A program made the translations under genes and the position numbers. A DNA stretch of 62,740 bases, the filler included, from Chiloscyllium plagiosum (Eukaryota), in NCBI RefSeq assembly GCF_004010195.1. It is 3 parts of one record of this genome, joined end to end, with 100 filler letters (N's around TTAATTAATTAA, not from the genome) between each part and the next. Parts side by side here need not be neighbours in the genome. Positions count along the whole stretch, not along the records: positions 19,361 to 51,219 come from NC_057717.1; 2 more parts are not named here. One strand, written 5' to 3'. Under the pieces are notes generated by a model, which was given only the letters and a program-made list of their open reading frames with translations, searched no databases and was not told where the DNA came from. This document shows, piece by piece, positions 23,204 to 36,500 of the stretch; within the stretch, counting starts at the first letter, position 1; every line of letters begins with the position of its first letter.

Positions 23204-26097
23204 NNNNNNNNNNNNNNNNNNNNNNNNNNNNNNNNNNNNNNNNNNNNNNNNNNNNNNNNNNNNNNNNNNNNNNNNNNNNNNNNNNNNNNNNNNNNNNNNN
23301 NNNNNNNNNNNNNNNNNNNNNNNNNNNNNNNNNNNNNNNNNNNNNNNNNNNNNNNNNNNNNNNNNNNNNNNNNNNNNNNNNNNNNNNNNNNNNNNNNNNN
23401 NNNNNNNNNNNNNNNNNNNNNNNNNNNNNNNNNNNNNNNNNNNNNNNNNNNNNNNNNNNNNNNNNNNNNNNNNNNNNNNNNNNNNNNNNNNNNNNNNNNN
23501 NNNNNNNNNNNNNNNNNNNNNNNNNNNNNNNNNNNNNNNNNNNNNNNNNNNNNNNNNNNNNNNNNNNNNNNNNNNNNNNNNNNNNNNNNNNNNNNNNNNN
23601 NNNNNNNNNNNNNNNNNNNNNNNNNNNNNNNNNNNNNNNNNNNNNNNNNNNNNNNNNNNNNNNNNNNNNNNNNNNNNNNNNNNNNNNNNNNNNNNNNNNN
23701 NNNCTACGACAGGTTGCATTTGCTCCCTCTCTGATCTGAAACATGCAATAATGTGACCCAAACACCAACCTGGACTAGGTAAGGTCTGGTTGAACATTCT
23801 CCTGATTGAATGACTCCATCCCCGTTACCTGCTCTATTTAGGAATAATTTGTAATTTATAATTTGAAGGTATATTTATTTGTGTCTGCATAATTTTTGTA
23901 CAATAAATTCATGTCTTTATAGTACCTATGTTAAAATGATTGCGTTGTTTTCTAAACTGCAATCTTCAGTTTTATTCTCTCATCCCTCAGCTATGCCCCA
24001 ATACACTCTCCTCATGGTCTTATTTGGTTCAATATGATCAGCTCTGATTCTCTGGCCTGAAGTACTCTGACCTTGTAGAGGCCATGAGGGGCATGGGTAC
24101 GGGATCAGCCAAGGTTATTTTCCAAGGCTGGAGGAGTCCAAACCAGAGGGCAAAGATTTAAAGTGAGAGGGGAAAATTAAAAAGATACCTGAGTGGTATC
24201 TTTTTCAAACAGAGGGTATGTGTATGGGACGAGCTGGCAGTGAAAGTGGTGGAGGCTGGTACAATTACAAAATGTAAGAGGCAATGGATGGGGATATGAA
24301 TAAGAAAGGTTTAGAGAGTTATGGGTCTCATGTTGGCAAATGGTTTTACATCAGATTGGAATATCTGGTCAGTGCAAATGAGCTGTACTGAAGGTTCTGT
24401 TTCCGTGCTGTATGACACTATGATTCTATCAGGCCTTCATTCTAGCAAGGAGTAAATTGAAGCATCTGTGAAAAGCTTCTACAATAATTGCTTATTTTTT
24501 TCTTTCAATTTCAGGGTTCATCACTACATACACTACATTCGATGTAGTCTCAGAATCATCATGTACAGATACAGTAAAACATCCCGATGATTATACCCGA
24601 TAGCCTTTGCATGAAACAGCATCATTAAATACACTTCCCTAATCACTTGCGGAATCTGCTGACGAGGTTTATATGGCTCATGTACCGGGACACACACATC
24701 CCTCCGGACCAATGCGTTCTGCGATGTTCTCTCCATTTCAGTAGGTTACTGTTATTTTATCTGTTCTGGGCACTGACTTCCCTTAGCCCTTGTTATACTG
24801 TTTTCTTCCAAAGTTTGCTCACTAACTTCCCCTGTCAATATCCCATTGCAGAGTCTCCATATGCTGTGAAATGACTATCTTGGTAAATGAAGTAATTGAG
24901 CTCCAATCTAATCAGTCACCTCATCCAAGTCATTGGTATAGATTGTAAATTGTTGATAATGTCACACTGATTCCTGAGGCATTACACCAAGTTACAACTT
25001 TACAACCTGAATATAAGCATTTATCCTGAATGTTTATTCCCTGATAGTTTACCAGGTTTCCCCTGTTGCTGGGCAGTAAGCTATAAAGGTAAGATGGCCT
25101 CACCCTACACTGTGTAATGTACTTAGCGGGCTGAATGACTTCAATCTATTCCTGTGTAAATCCTTAGATGACAGAATGGTCTCCGTCTGTCTCATTATAA
25201 CAATGTTGACTGGCTAAATGGGATCTTTCTTTACCTCTGTAACATTATTGAGTGGTTGAGAGAACAACATATCGGTTAGGGGCAGCAACTGGCCATTCAG
25301 CCCCATCGCACCTGCTGCACCATTCAGAATTTGCATTGTTGATGTGATTGTAACTAAGCATCCCCTTCCTGTCAGTTCCTAATAAACATGGAATATCTTG
25401 TTCATCAAAGATCTATGGAACGGAACCTTGCTACTTCGGCATGAGAACACCACATATCATACAACCCTAAAGAGAAAGGAACATCCCTGTCTCAGTCAGA
25501 AATGGGAAGATCCTTATTCTCAAAATGTGTTCCCCTCAAACAAATCACCACTCTTTTGATATATAAGGAGTCGCCAATTACGAACATATATCGACTATTC
25601 AGCCCCTCAAGCCTGTTCTCATTCTCATTAACGCTCCTAAATCAAATGCTTATCAAATTCAGCCTCCACTGACGTCGTAGAAAGACAATTCTAGTCACCA
25701 CAGGATCATATGAGCAATGAACCCTGGAGCAGAATTAGGCCATTCAGCCCATCTTGTCTACCATGATATTTGATCGTGGCTACAATAGATCTCAACCCCA
25801 TTTTCCTGCCTTCTCCAACTGACCATTGATAACTTATTAATAAAAACGTATATATCTCTGTATTAAAGACAGTGTGTGCCGAAATGTTATGTTCTTGTGT
25901 TATGTTCTTGTGTTTGTGTGTAAGCGTCCATATCTGTGTGCGTATCTCTGTGTGCATATGTTATGTGTGTTAGTGTCAGTATGTCAGTTTGTGTGTACCT
26001 CTGTCTGCATCTCTGTGCAAAGTTGCTTTTGAAGTAAATATATTGAAATTGGAATCAAAGTCTCCCTCCTCCTCTGTCTCTGTCTGTCCCTGTTGTT

Positions 26098-26422
26098 CGC
26101 AGAGTTCATAGAATTCCTGCAATGTGGAAACAGACCCTTCGACCCAGCACATCCACACTGACCCATTGAAGAGTAACCCACCCAGACCCGTTAAAATACT
26201 ATCCTACGTTTACTCATGACTAATGCCCCTAACCTACACATGCCTGGGCAGTATGGACAATTAGCATGGCCAATTCACCTAACATCCACATTTTTGGACA
26301 GTGGGTGGAAACAGGAGAGTCCGGTGGAAACCCTCGCAGACACGGGGAGAACGTGAAACTCCACACAGACAATCGCCCGAGGGTGGAATCGAGCCCGGGT
26401 GCCTGGTGCTGTGAGGCAGCAG
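26098..26422 (-). mobile_element. HE1 SINE (mirror of 15430-15750)
   Basis: ttagcatggccaattcacctaac...gtggaatcgagcccgggtgcctggtgctgtgaggcagcagt. Confidence 0.88.
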
Positions 26423-26458
26423 TACTCCACTCTGAGTTTTGTGATTAGATTCATACAA

Positions 26459-26492
26459 TACTACCCTCTGCTGGCCTCCCCATACCACTGCA
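26459..26492 (-). promoter_or_regulatory. Candidate CTCF site with upstream motif (mirror of 15360-15393)
   Basis: tactaccctctgctggcc-tccccatacc-actgca on the + strand. Confidence 0.5.
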
Positions 26493-27444
26493 TCAATGGC
26501 AGATTGATAACAGAAGATAACAAATCCTTTACTGTGAATCTCTCAAATTGCATGGTCGTTTGATTTTTCCAATAATATCTTTGGAAGCATAGAGCTGTTT
26601 TGTCCGATACTGAGCAATGTTGTTCCTGCGTCATTAACAACACTACTGGGCTTTTTTCAGGTCTTTTCAATAGTTTCTCTCATAAGTTTTAAACAGTGCA
26701 AGTCACAGAATGAGAAATCAATTCTTGTCATCTCCTGACAAAATGGATTACTCAGAGGTGAACATTTGCATTCTGACAGACCCAAGTATATTTTCAACCT
26801 TCCATCTACCAGCATTGTGTGTGTGAGCCTACGTGTGTGTGTGTGTGTGTGTGTGTGTATTCATCGTGCTGTCAGTTTGGATCGTGCTATGAGCTCTCTC
26901 ACTCTCTTTCCCTCACAGTCTGAATCCTCGAGGGTTGTCACTCTCTGCCACTGTCACTGCAGTAGGGTGGGGAGGCCAGCTGAGGGAGAGATTGTTTCAT
27001 TTTCAACACTACAGAGACGGCCAGACCTGCAATTCTATATCGATACTCACAGAGTCAAATACAGACACACAGGTACGGGCGGTGGTGGGGAGATGGATAT
27101 CGGGCACTCCACCATCCGGCTTGTCCCTTTCCGTCCTATTCCAGGCTGTTTCTCTTGGATTGCGAGAAGTGGAGGGAGGGAGTGAAGATGGGAGTGGGGT
27201 GTCTGCTTTTCGTGCTGGTGTGTGTGGGGAGGTGGAGATGGTGATGTGTCCAGAGGGAGTCATTCCTTAGTGTTGTATCCAAAAAGTGTTATTAAAGAGA
27301 GAGATATATTGGAGGGGAAAGAGAGAGAAGGAAGGTGCTGCTTGCAGCAGTGAGAGGGGTGGAGCATGAGCCTTGTTCGTGTGTCGGTGCTATAACAGAT
27401 AGACAGTGAGTGTGAGGGAGCAGACAGATTAAGGTGAACCTTAT

Positions 27445-27668
27445 CCTGATGGAGCGGGGAAGGTTCTTGATGCTTGTCCTGTATTGCTGGACATTTCCTC
27501 AGACCGCAGATACTGCACTGAGCTGGGTGGTGAGCTCAGATCATGCTCAGTGGGTCTGGTAGTGTGGCCCCCTCTGGAAAGAGAATGGCCCCCCCTGTAC
27601 TAGCCCATCCACCAGGACCTCCGTGCCCCTGTCGACAAACCGTGGTTTAATTGCCCCTTCGCTGCCAT
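27445..27668 (-). pseudogene. Decayed Myb/SANT-like exon (mirror of 14208-14432)
   Basis: Reverse complement reads PRFVDRGTEVLVDGLVQ...SELTTQLSAVSAV*GNVQQYRTSIKNLPRSIR. Confidence 0.62.
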
Positions 27669-28109
27669 GCTCGGGCTAAACAGTGCAGGTCATCTCCGAA
27701 CAGAGAAATCTCAACCGTGTGCCCATTGGCCTTTTAAAGATGGTACCAGTGTCTGGAATCATGGAATATCCAGGGGCATCTGTGCGTTGGTGAGTACCTC
27801 CAGCCATGATGGTTGTGAGAATCGGGCTGGTATGAATGAGAGGGACACCATGGTGTGGTGTGGGTCGTTAATGAGGTGAGTTCCATAAGATAGCACCAGG
27901 AAACCAGCTCAGCCTCGTACAGACAATCCCTGTGTCTCACTCAATGAAAATGTCACTGAAACAAATTATTGTTAGATTTAACCCAATGAGTTGAAGACTC
28001 TGCTGACCCCAGTCCCAGTTACAACGCTGCAGCTGCTTGACCAATGCTCTCCATCACAGGGAAGGAGCTAAACGTGACCTTAGCCTTTGGAGATAAGGCA
28101 GGGGGAGGG

Positions 28110-29650
28110 GGTGGTTGAGGTATCAGTGCGGGAGCACTTTATGGCAAGTCATTATTATTCCATTAGTTTCAAAATAGAGATAGAAAAGCATGAACCATGT
28201 TTAAAACTTAAAGTTCTAAACTGTTGAAAAGCCAATTTTGATGATATTAATCAAGAATTTTCCAAAGTCGATTGGGACAGATATTCGCAGAGAAGGGGAG
28301 AAGTGTGAAGCCTTCAAAAATGAGATGTCTGGAAGATAGAGACATTATGTCCCTGTTAGGGTGAAGGGTAACGCTGGTACGTGTAAGGAATTCTGTGGGA
28401 TTGGAGAAGTTGAGGTTCTGGTCATGGATAAAAGGGAAGCATGTGGCACGTATATACAGCAGGAATTGAGGGTTTTTTTCCTTAATTCATTCACGGGATG
28501 AGGGGGTCCCTGACTAGGCAAGCATCTATTACCCATCCCTAATTGCCCAGAAGGCAGTCAACAGTCAACCACATTGTTCTTGGTCTGGAGTCACTTGTAG
28601 GCCAGACCTGCTAAGGATGACAGTTTGTTTCCTTAAAAGGTGTCAGTGAGCCTGATGGATTTTTCCGACAATCGGAATGGTCATCATTTGCCTTTTAATT
28701 CTTGAATTAACGTGAATCACTAGAAGAGTCTAAAGGCAACAAGAGTATCGTTAAGAGGGAAATTGGAAGCATAAAGAGGGAACATGAGATAGCTTTGGCA
28801 AATAGAGTTAAGGAGAATCCAAAAGAATTCTACAAATACGTCAAGGACAAAAGAGTAACTGTGGAGAGAATAGGACATCCTTAAAGATTAGCAAGACTGC
28901 CCATGTGCAGAACCAACGGAAATGGGGGAGGTACTGAACGAATATTTTGTATCGGTATTTACTGTGAAGGAGGATATGGAAGCTAGAAAACTTGGGAAAT
29001 AAGTAGTGACATCTTCGAATGTGTCTGTATTACAGGGGAGCTGCTGGAGGTCTTAAAACATGCAAAGGAAGGAAAATGTTCTGGATTTTATTGGATGCAT
29101 GCTCGAACTCTGTGGGAAGCTAGGGAAGTGATTGCTGGGCCCCTTGCTATCATCAATAGCCACGGGTAAAGTGTCGGAATAGTGGAGGTTGGCTAACGTG
29201 GTGCCACTACTTAAAGGATTTATTAAGGGTAATAAGGAAAAGCCAGTGAGCCTGACGTTTATGGTAGGTAAGTTGTTGGAAGGGATTATGAGGCATATGA
29301 TTTTCAAGCATTTTCAAAGGTAACGACTGACGAGGGATAGTCAACATGACTTTGTGCAAGCAATATTGTGTCTCACTGACTTGACTGAGATTTCTTTGAA
29401 GAAGAAGATTAATTTAGATAGAGTGCTGTACATTGTCGATATGGACTTCAGTAAGGCGTTGAATAACATTGTACATGGTCATCTGTTTAACAAGGTTGGT
29501 TCATATGAAAGTCATTTGGTTACAAAACTGGCTCAAAGGTCGGAGAGAGAGGGTGTGGTAGAGGGTTGCAATATCCTGGCAAAGGTTTGCAATGGTCCCC
29601 CTGCTGTGCAGACAATCCAGTTTATGGAGTAAACCACAAGCACGGCCTGC
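28110..29650 (+). mobile_element. CR1 ORF2 fragment with SINE insertion (mirror of 12230-13770)
   Basis: HEIALANRVKENPKEFYKYVKDKRV, VDMDFSKA; SINE on the minus strand at ~28472-28710. Confidence 0.88.
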
Positions 29651-30504
29651 ACAACTCTCCATCTTAGCCATTACCTTACCCCAGTTCAGAATTTGAGGCA
29701 ATGTACCATTCTAACCGATCTGGTAAATGTCTCCATTCAATGTTTGCTTTCTTAGTATTGGACCCACCATTGTCTCTCTTATCACGTTATTCAGATCCCC
29801 CCATCTCCTTATCCATATTTTCAGCAAGTTATCAATTAATAAATTATTTGTTTTTCTTCTGTATCTTTCCCTGGCCTTAGGTTTTGACCCCCCTCATGCA
29901 TCGTGTGCTGGCATTGTGAATCTCAGTAACATTGAAATGGTGTGTGTCAGGCTGTTGTTCACTTCCCGATGTGTCTCATGTGGTGTTCCATGGACAAGGG
30001 TGTTCCAGCAGCTTTGACGCACGTGTTTGAAACTTGGTATGCGCCTGTTTCTCTCAGTTGACCGTGCGGTCAGTAACACAAGGAAAATCTTGTAGTATAA
30101 TTGTAAAATAACAGACATCTAACATGTAGCTGAGTGGTTTCTGACTGACTCCTGCTATTGAAAAGTTAGTGGAGGGGCTGGGGATGGTTTGCTGGAGGTT
30201 GTGCTGTGACCTCCCTCAGACATTCAGGCAGACCTGAGCATTTGGTGACCCCACTTTGGATGGAGCATGGGGAATGTAGTACAGCTTCTCAATCTGCAAC
30301 ATGAACAACAAATGGAGCAGAGGCTGCAGAGAGGGGAAGCTCTGAAACCACAGAGTGAGAGTATATGGGCAACGGGATCTGCTGGATCTATCTGTGTTTT
30401 CATCTGGACAAGCACATACTCTCAATCACCCCGTTAGATACACTGATGCACACTCTCCCTATCTGCTCCACACACACTCTCTCACTCTCCCCGTTACATA
30501 CACT

Positions 30505-33500
30505 GACTACATCACCGTCACCCTGACACCGTCACGCTCAATCCATCACCGTCACCCTGACCCTCTCACACTCACTCCATCACCGTCAAACTGACCCCCT
30601 CACACTCACTCCATCACTGTCACCTTGACCCCTCACACTCACCCCGTCACCGTCACCCTGACCCCCTCACATCTCCTCCATCACAGTCGCACTGTCACAC
30701 TAACACTAACTCCATCACCCTCACACTGACCTTCTCACTCTCTCTCCATCACTATCACCCTGACCCCCTCCCACTCACTCCATGACCGTCACCATGACCC
30801 CCTCACACACACCGTCACCATTACACTGACCCCATCACACTAACGCCATCAACATCACCCTGACNNNNNNNNNNNNNNNNNNNNNNNNNNNNNNNNNNNN
30901 NNNNNNNNNNNNNNNNNNNNNNNNNNNNNNNNNNNNNNNNNNNNNNNNNNNNNNNNNNNNNNNNNNNNNNNNNNNNNNNNNNNNNNNNNNNNNNNNNNNN
31001 NNNNNNNNNNNNNNNNNNNNNNNNNNNNNNNNNNNNNNNNNNNNNNNNNNNNNNNNNNNNNNNNNNNNNNNNNNNNNNNNNNNNNNNNNNNNNNNNNNNN
31101 NNNNNNNNNNNNNNNNNNNNNNNNNNNNNNNNNNNNNNNNNNNNNNNNNNNNNNNNNNNNNNNNNNNNNNNNNNNNNNNNNNNNNNNNNNNNNNNNNNNN
31201 NNNNNNNNNNNNNNNNNNNNNNNNNNNNNNNNNNNNNNNNNNNNNNNNNNNNNNNNNNNNNNAGCACCGTCACCCTGACCCCCCCAAACTCACTCCCTCA
31301 CTGTCACCTTGTACCCCCCGCACTCACTCCATCACCATCACACTCACCCCCTCACATTCACTCCATCACTGACATGCTGAAACCCTCACATTCACTCCAT
31401 CACTCTCAACCTGATCCCCTCACACTTACGCCATCACCGTCACCCTGAAACCCACACACTCACTCCATCACAGTCACACTGATCGCCTGACACTCACTCC
31501 ATCCAACTCCCCTGACCCCCTCACATTCACTCAATCACCGACAGTCTGACCCACTCATACTCACCCCATCATCATCACCGTGACCCACTCACACTCACTC
31601 CATCACTGTCACCCTGGCCCCCTCACACTCACTCCATCACGATCACCCTGACACCCTCACACTCACTCCATCACCGTCACCATGACCCCCTCACATCTAC
31701 TCCATCACTGTCACCCTGTCCCACTAACACTCACTCCCATCACCCTCACCTGACCTTCTCACACTCACTCCATCACCGTAACGCTGACCCTCTCACACTC
31801 ACTCCACCACCGTCACTCTACATCCCTCACACTCACTCAATCACCGTCACTCTGACCTCCTCACACACACTCCATCACTGTCACCCTGACCCCATCACAC
31901 TCACTGCATCACCGTGACCCTGACCCTCTCACACTAATTCCATCACTGTCACCCTGACCCTCTCACACACGCTCCATCACAGTCACAATGACCGCCTCAC
32001 ACTCACTCCATCCACGTCACACTGACCCCTCCCACACAATCCATCACCATCACCATCACCGTCACACTGACCCCTCCCACTCAATCCATCACCATCACCC
32101 TGACCCACTCACACACACACACGATAACTGTCACACTGCCTCCAACCCCCTCACACACACACCATAACCGTCACACTGCCTCCATCACACTCACTCCACC
32201 ACCCATACCATGAGAGCTCACACTCATGCCATCACCGTCACCCTGAACCCCACACGCTCACTCCATCACAGTCACAATGACCGCCTCACACTCACTCCAT
32301 CCACGTCACACTGACCCCTCCCACACAATCCATCACCATCACCCTGACCCCCTCACACACACACCATAACCGTCACACTGCCTCCATCACACTCACTCCA
32401 CCACCCACACCCTGAGAGCTCACACTCACGCCATCACCGTCACCCTGAACCCCACACGCTCACTCCATCACAGTCACAATGACCGCCTGACACTCACTCC
32501 ATTCACGAGCCCTGACCCCCTCACACTCACTCAATCACCATCACCCTGACCCCCTCACACTCACTCCATCACCATTTCCCTGACCGCCTCACACTCACTC
32601 CATCACCGTCACCCTGACCCCCTCACGCTCAATCCATCACCCACACCCAGACTTTCTCATCCTCACTCCATCATTGTCACCCAGACTCTCTCAGAGTCAC
32701 TCAGGCATTGCCACTCTGACCTGCTCGCACTATCACCATCACCGTCACACTGACCCCCTCACACTCACTCCATCACCATCACCCTGACCCCCTCACACTC
32801 ACTCCATCACCGTCACCATGAACCCCTCACACCTACTCCATCACTGTCACCCTGCCCCACTAACACTCACTCCCATCACCCTCAACTTGACCTTCTCACA
32901 CTCACTCCATCACCGTAACCCTGACACTCTCACACTCACTCCACCAACGACACTCTACACCCCTCACACTCACTCAATCACCGTCACTCTGACCCCCTCA
33001 CACACTCCATCACTCTCACCCTGACCTTCTCACACTCACTGCATCACCGTGACCCTGACCCTCTCACACTCGCTCCATCACCGTCACACTGACCCCCTTA
33101 CACTCACTCCATCAACCTCACCCATACCTTCTCACACTCACTGCATCACCGTCAACCTGACCCTCTCACATTCACTCCATCACTGTCACCCTGACCCTCT
33201 CACACTCGCTCCATCACCGTCACACTGACCCCTCCTACTGAATCCATCACCATCATCCTGACCCACTCACACACACACGATAACTGTCACACTGCCTCCA
33301 TCACACTCACTCCACCACCCTCACCCTGAGAGTTCACACTCACTCCATCACCGTCACATGACACCCTCACACTCATTGCATCACTCTCACCCTGATCCCC
33401 TCACACTCACTCCATCTTCGTCACCCTGACTCACTCCACCACCATCACTCTGACCCCCTCACACTCACTCCATCACCGTCACACTGACACCCTCACACTC

Positions 33501-36500
33501 ACGACATCACCGTGACACTGACCTCCTCACACTCACTCCATCACCTTCCCCGTGACCCCTCATTCACTCCATCACCCTCACCCTGACCCCTCTCACTCAC
33601 TCCATCACCTTCACCCTGACCCCCGCACACTCACTCCAGCACCGTCACCATGACCCCCTCACACCTAATCCATCATTGTCACCCAGTCCCACTAACACTC
33701 ACTCCCATCACCCTCAATCTGACCTTCTCACACTCACTCCATCACCGTAACCCTGACCCTCTCACATTCACTCCATCAACGTCACTCTACACCTCTCACA
33801 CTCACTCAATCACCGTCACTGTGACCCCCTCAAACACTCCATCACCCTCACCCTGACCTTCTCACACTCACTGCATCACCGTCAACCTGACCCTCTCACA
33901 TTCACTCCATCACTGTTACCCTGACCCCCTCACACTCACTCCATCACCGTCAACCTGAACACCTCACACTCACTCCATCAGCCAGACCCCTGCACACGCA
34001 CTCCATCAATGTGAACTTGACCTGCTCACACTAACTCCATCACAGTTATCTGGCCCCTCTCACTCACTTGTCACTGTCACTCTGATACTGTCGAACTCAC
34101 CATCACTGTCAGCCTGACCCCCTCATTATCACTCCGTCACAATCATCCTGACTTCTTCACACACATTCGATCACTGTCAGCCTGAACCCCTCACACTTAC
34201 TCCGTCACATGCACCCTGACCCGCATACACCCACTTCATCACCTTCGCTATAACCCCTCAACTCACTCTGTTATCATCACGCCTGACTTCCTGCACTCAC
34301 TCTTTCACTGTCACTCTGACCCTTTCACACTCATTCTGTCACTGTCACACTGACCCCGTCACACTGACTCTAAAATTGTCATGCTGACCTCCTCACAGTC
34401 ACTCCGTCAGCCTGACCCGCTTAAACTCACTCCGTCATCATCAAACTGACCCGCTCACACTCACCGTCACCGTCACTCCTACCCCGCTACACTCACACTG
34501 TGACTGTCAGGCTGACCTCTTACATACATGTCATTATCATCCTGGCCTCACCACACTCACTTCGTTAGCATCACGCCTGATTCTCTGCATTCACTCCGTC
34601 ACTTTCATCCTGACCCCTCCACACTCACTCCATCGTCTTCCCCCTGACATCCTTAGACTGACTCTAAAATCGTCATGATGACTCCCTCACACTCACTCCG
34701 TCATTCTTACCCTATCCTCCTCACAGTCACTTCGTAAGCCTGAACCGCTCACACTCACTCGGTCACCATCAATCTGATGAACTTTCATTCCCTCTGTCAG
34801 CATCACCCTGAAACCCTCACACTCACTCCATCACCGTGACCATGAAGCCCTCACACTCACTCTGTAACTCTCACCCTGAGACCACATTCTCACTTTGTCA
34901 TTCTCACACTTACTCAATCATCACACTGACCCCGCTTCACACTCACCCCATCACTGTCAAACAGACCCCTCACACTCACTCTGTCACTGTCACCCTGACC
35001 GCCCAACACTTACTCTGTTACTGTCTCTCTGACACTCACCACACAGTCTCCATNNNNNNNNNNNNNNNNNNNNNNNNNNNNNNNNNNNNNNNNNNNNNNN
35101 NNNNNNNNNNNNNNNNNNNNNNNNNNNNNNNNNNNNNNNNNNNNNNNNNNNNNNNNNNNNNNNNNNNNNNNNNNNNNNNNNNNNNNNNNNNNNNNNNNNN
35201 NNNNNNNNNNNNNNNNNNNNNNNNNNNNNNNNNNNNNNNNNNNNNNNNNNNNNNNNNNNNNNNNNNNNNNNNNNNNNNNNNNNNNNNNNNNNNNNNNNNN
35301 NNNNNNNNNNNNNNNNNNNNNNNNNNNNNNNNNNNNNNNNNNNNNNNNNNTGACCCCCTCACACTCACTCCATCACCGTCCCCCTTACCCCCTCACACCC
35401 ACTCCATATCTGACACCCTGACCCCCTCACACACACCATCACCATTACCCTGACTCCCTCACACTCACTCCATCACCGTCCTTCTGACCTCCTCAATCTC
35501 ACTCCATCACCGTCACACTGAACCCCTCACACTCACTCAATCACTGTCACACTGATCCCGTCACATACTCTCCATCGCGGTCACACTGATCCCCTCACAC
35601 TCACTCCATCACCATCGCACTGATCCCCTCACACTCATAGCATCAACGTTACCCTGACCCCTCACACTCACTCCATCACAGTCATCCAGCTCCCTCACAC
35701 TCACTCCATCACTATCCCTCTGACCTCCTCAAACTCTCTCCATCACTGTCACCCTGACCCCCTCACACTCACTCCATCACCATCAACCAGACCACCTCAC
35801 ACACAGCATCACCATCACCTTGCCCACCTCACACTCCATCCATCACCGTCACGCTGACCCTCTCACACTCACTCATCACCGTCACCATGACCCCCTCACA
35901 CTCACTCCATCACCGTCACAGTGACCACTTCACATTCACTCCATCGCCGCCACCCTGACCCCCTCACACTCACTGAATCACCGACACACTGACCCACTCA
36001 CACTCACTCCATCACTATCACCCTGACCCTCTCACACTCACTCCATCACCTTCACGCTGACCACCTCACACTCACTCCATCACTGTCACCCTGACCCCCT
36101 CGCACTCACTCCTTCACCCACACCCTGACCACCTCACACTCACTCCATCACCGTCACCCTGACCACCTCACACTCACTCCATCACCCTCACCCTGATTTT
36201 CTCACTCTCACTCCATCATTGTCTCGCAGACCCTCTCACACTCACCTCATCATTTTCACTCTGACGTACTCGCACCAGCACCATCACTGTCACCCTGACC
36301 GCCTCACACTCACTCAATCACCGTCACTCTGCCCCGTCCCACTCACACCATCACATCACCCTGACCCCATCACACTCATTCCATCTCCGTCGCCCTGAAC
36401 CCCGCACACTCACTCCATCACCGTTACACTGCCTCCTCACACTCACTTCAATACCGTCACACTGACCCCCTCACACTAACTCCATTACCGTCACCATGAC

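Larger units (their letters stand above)
23704..30600. repeat. Younger inverted duplication, right arm (inner end hidden by a gap)
   Basis: 23704 ctacgacaggttgcatttgctc is the reverse complement of 18102-18123; the outer end runs into the 34-bp array. Confidence 0.95.

Noticed and set aside
21678..23797. Long ORFs crossing N-runs (also 34836, 38899, 49088, 52257)
   Set aside because: Their length is an artefact of translating through gaps; the real parts are LINE or repeat sequence.
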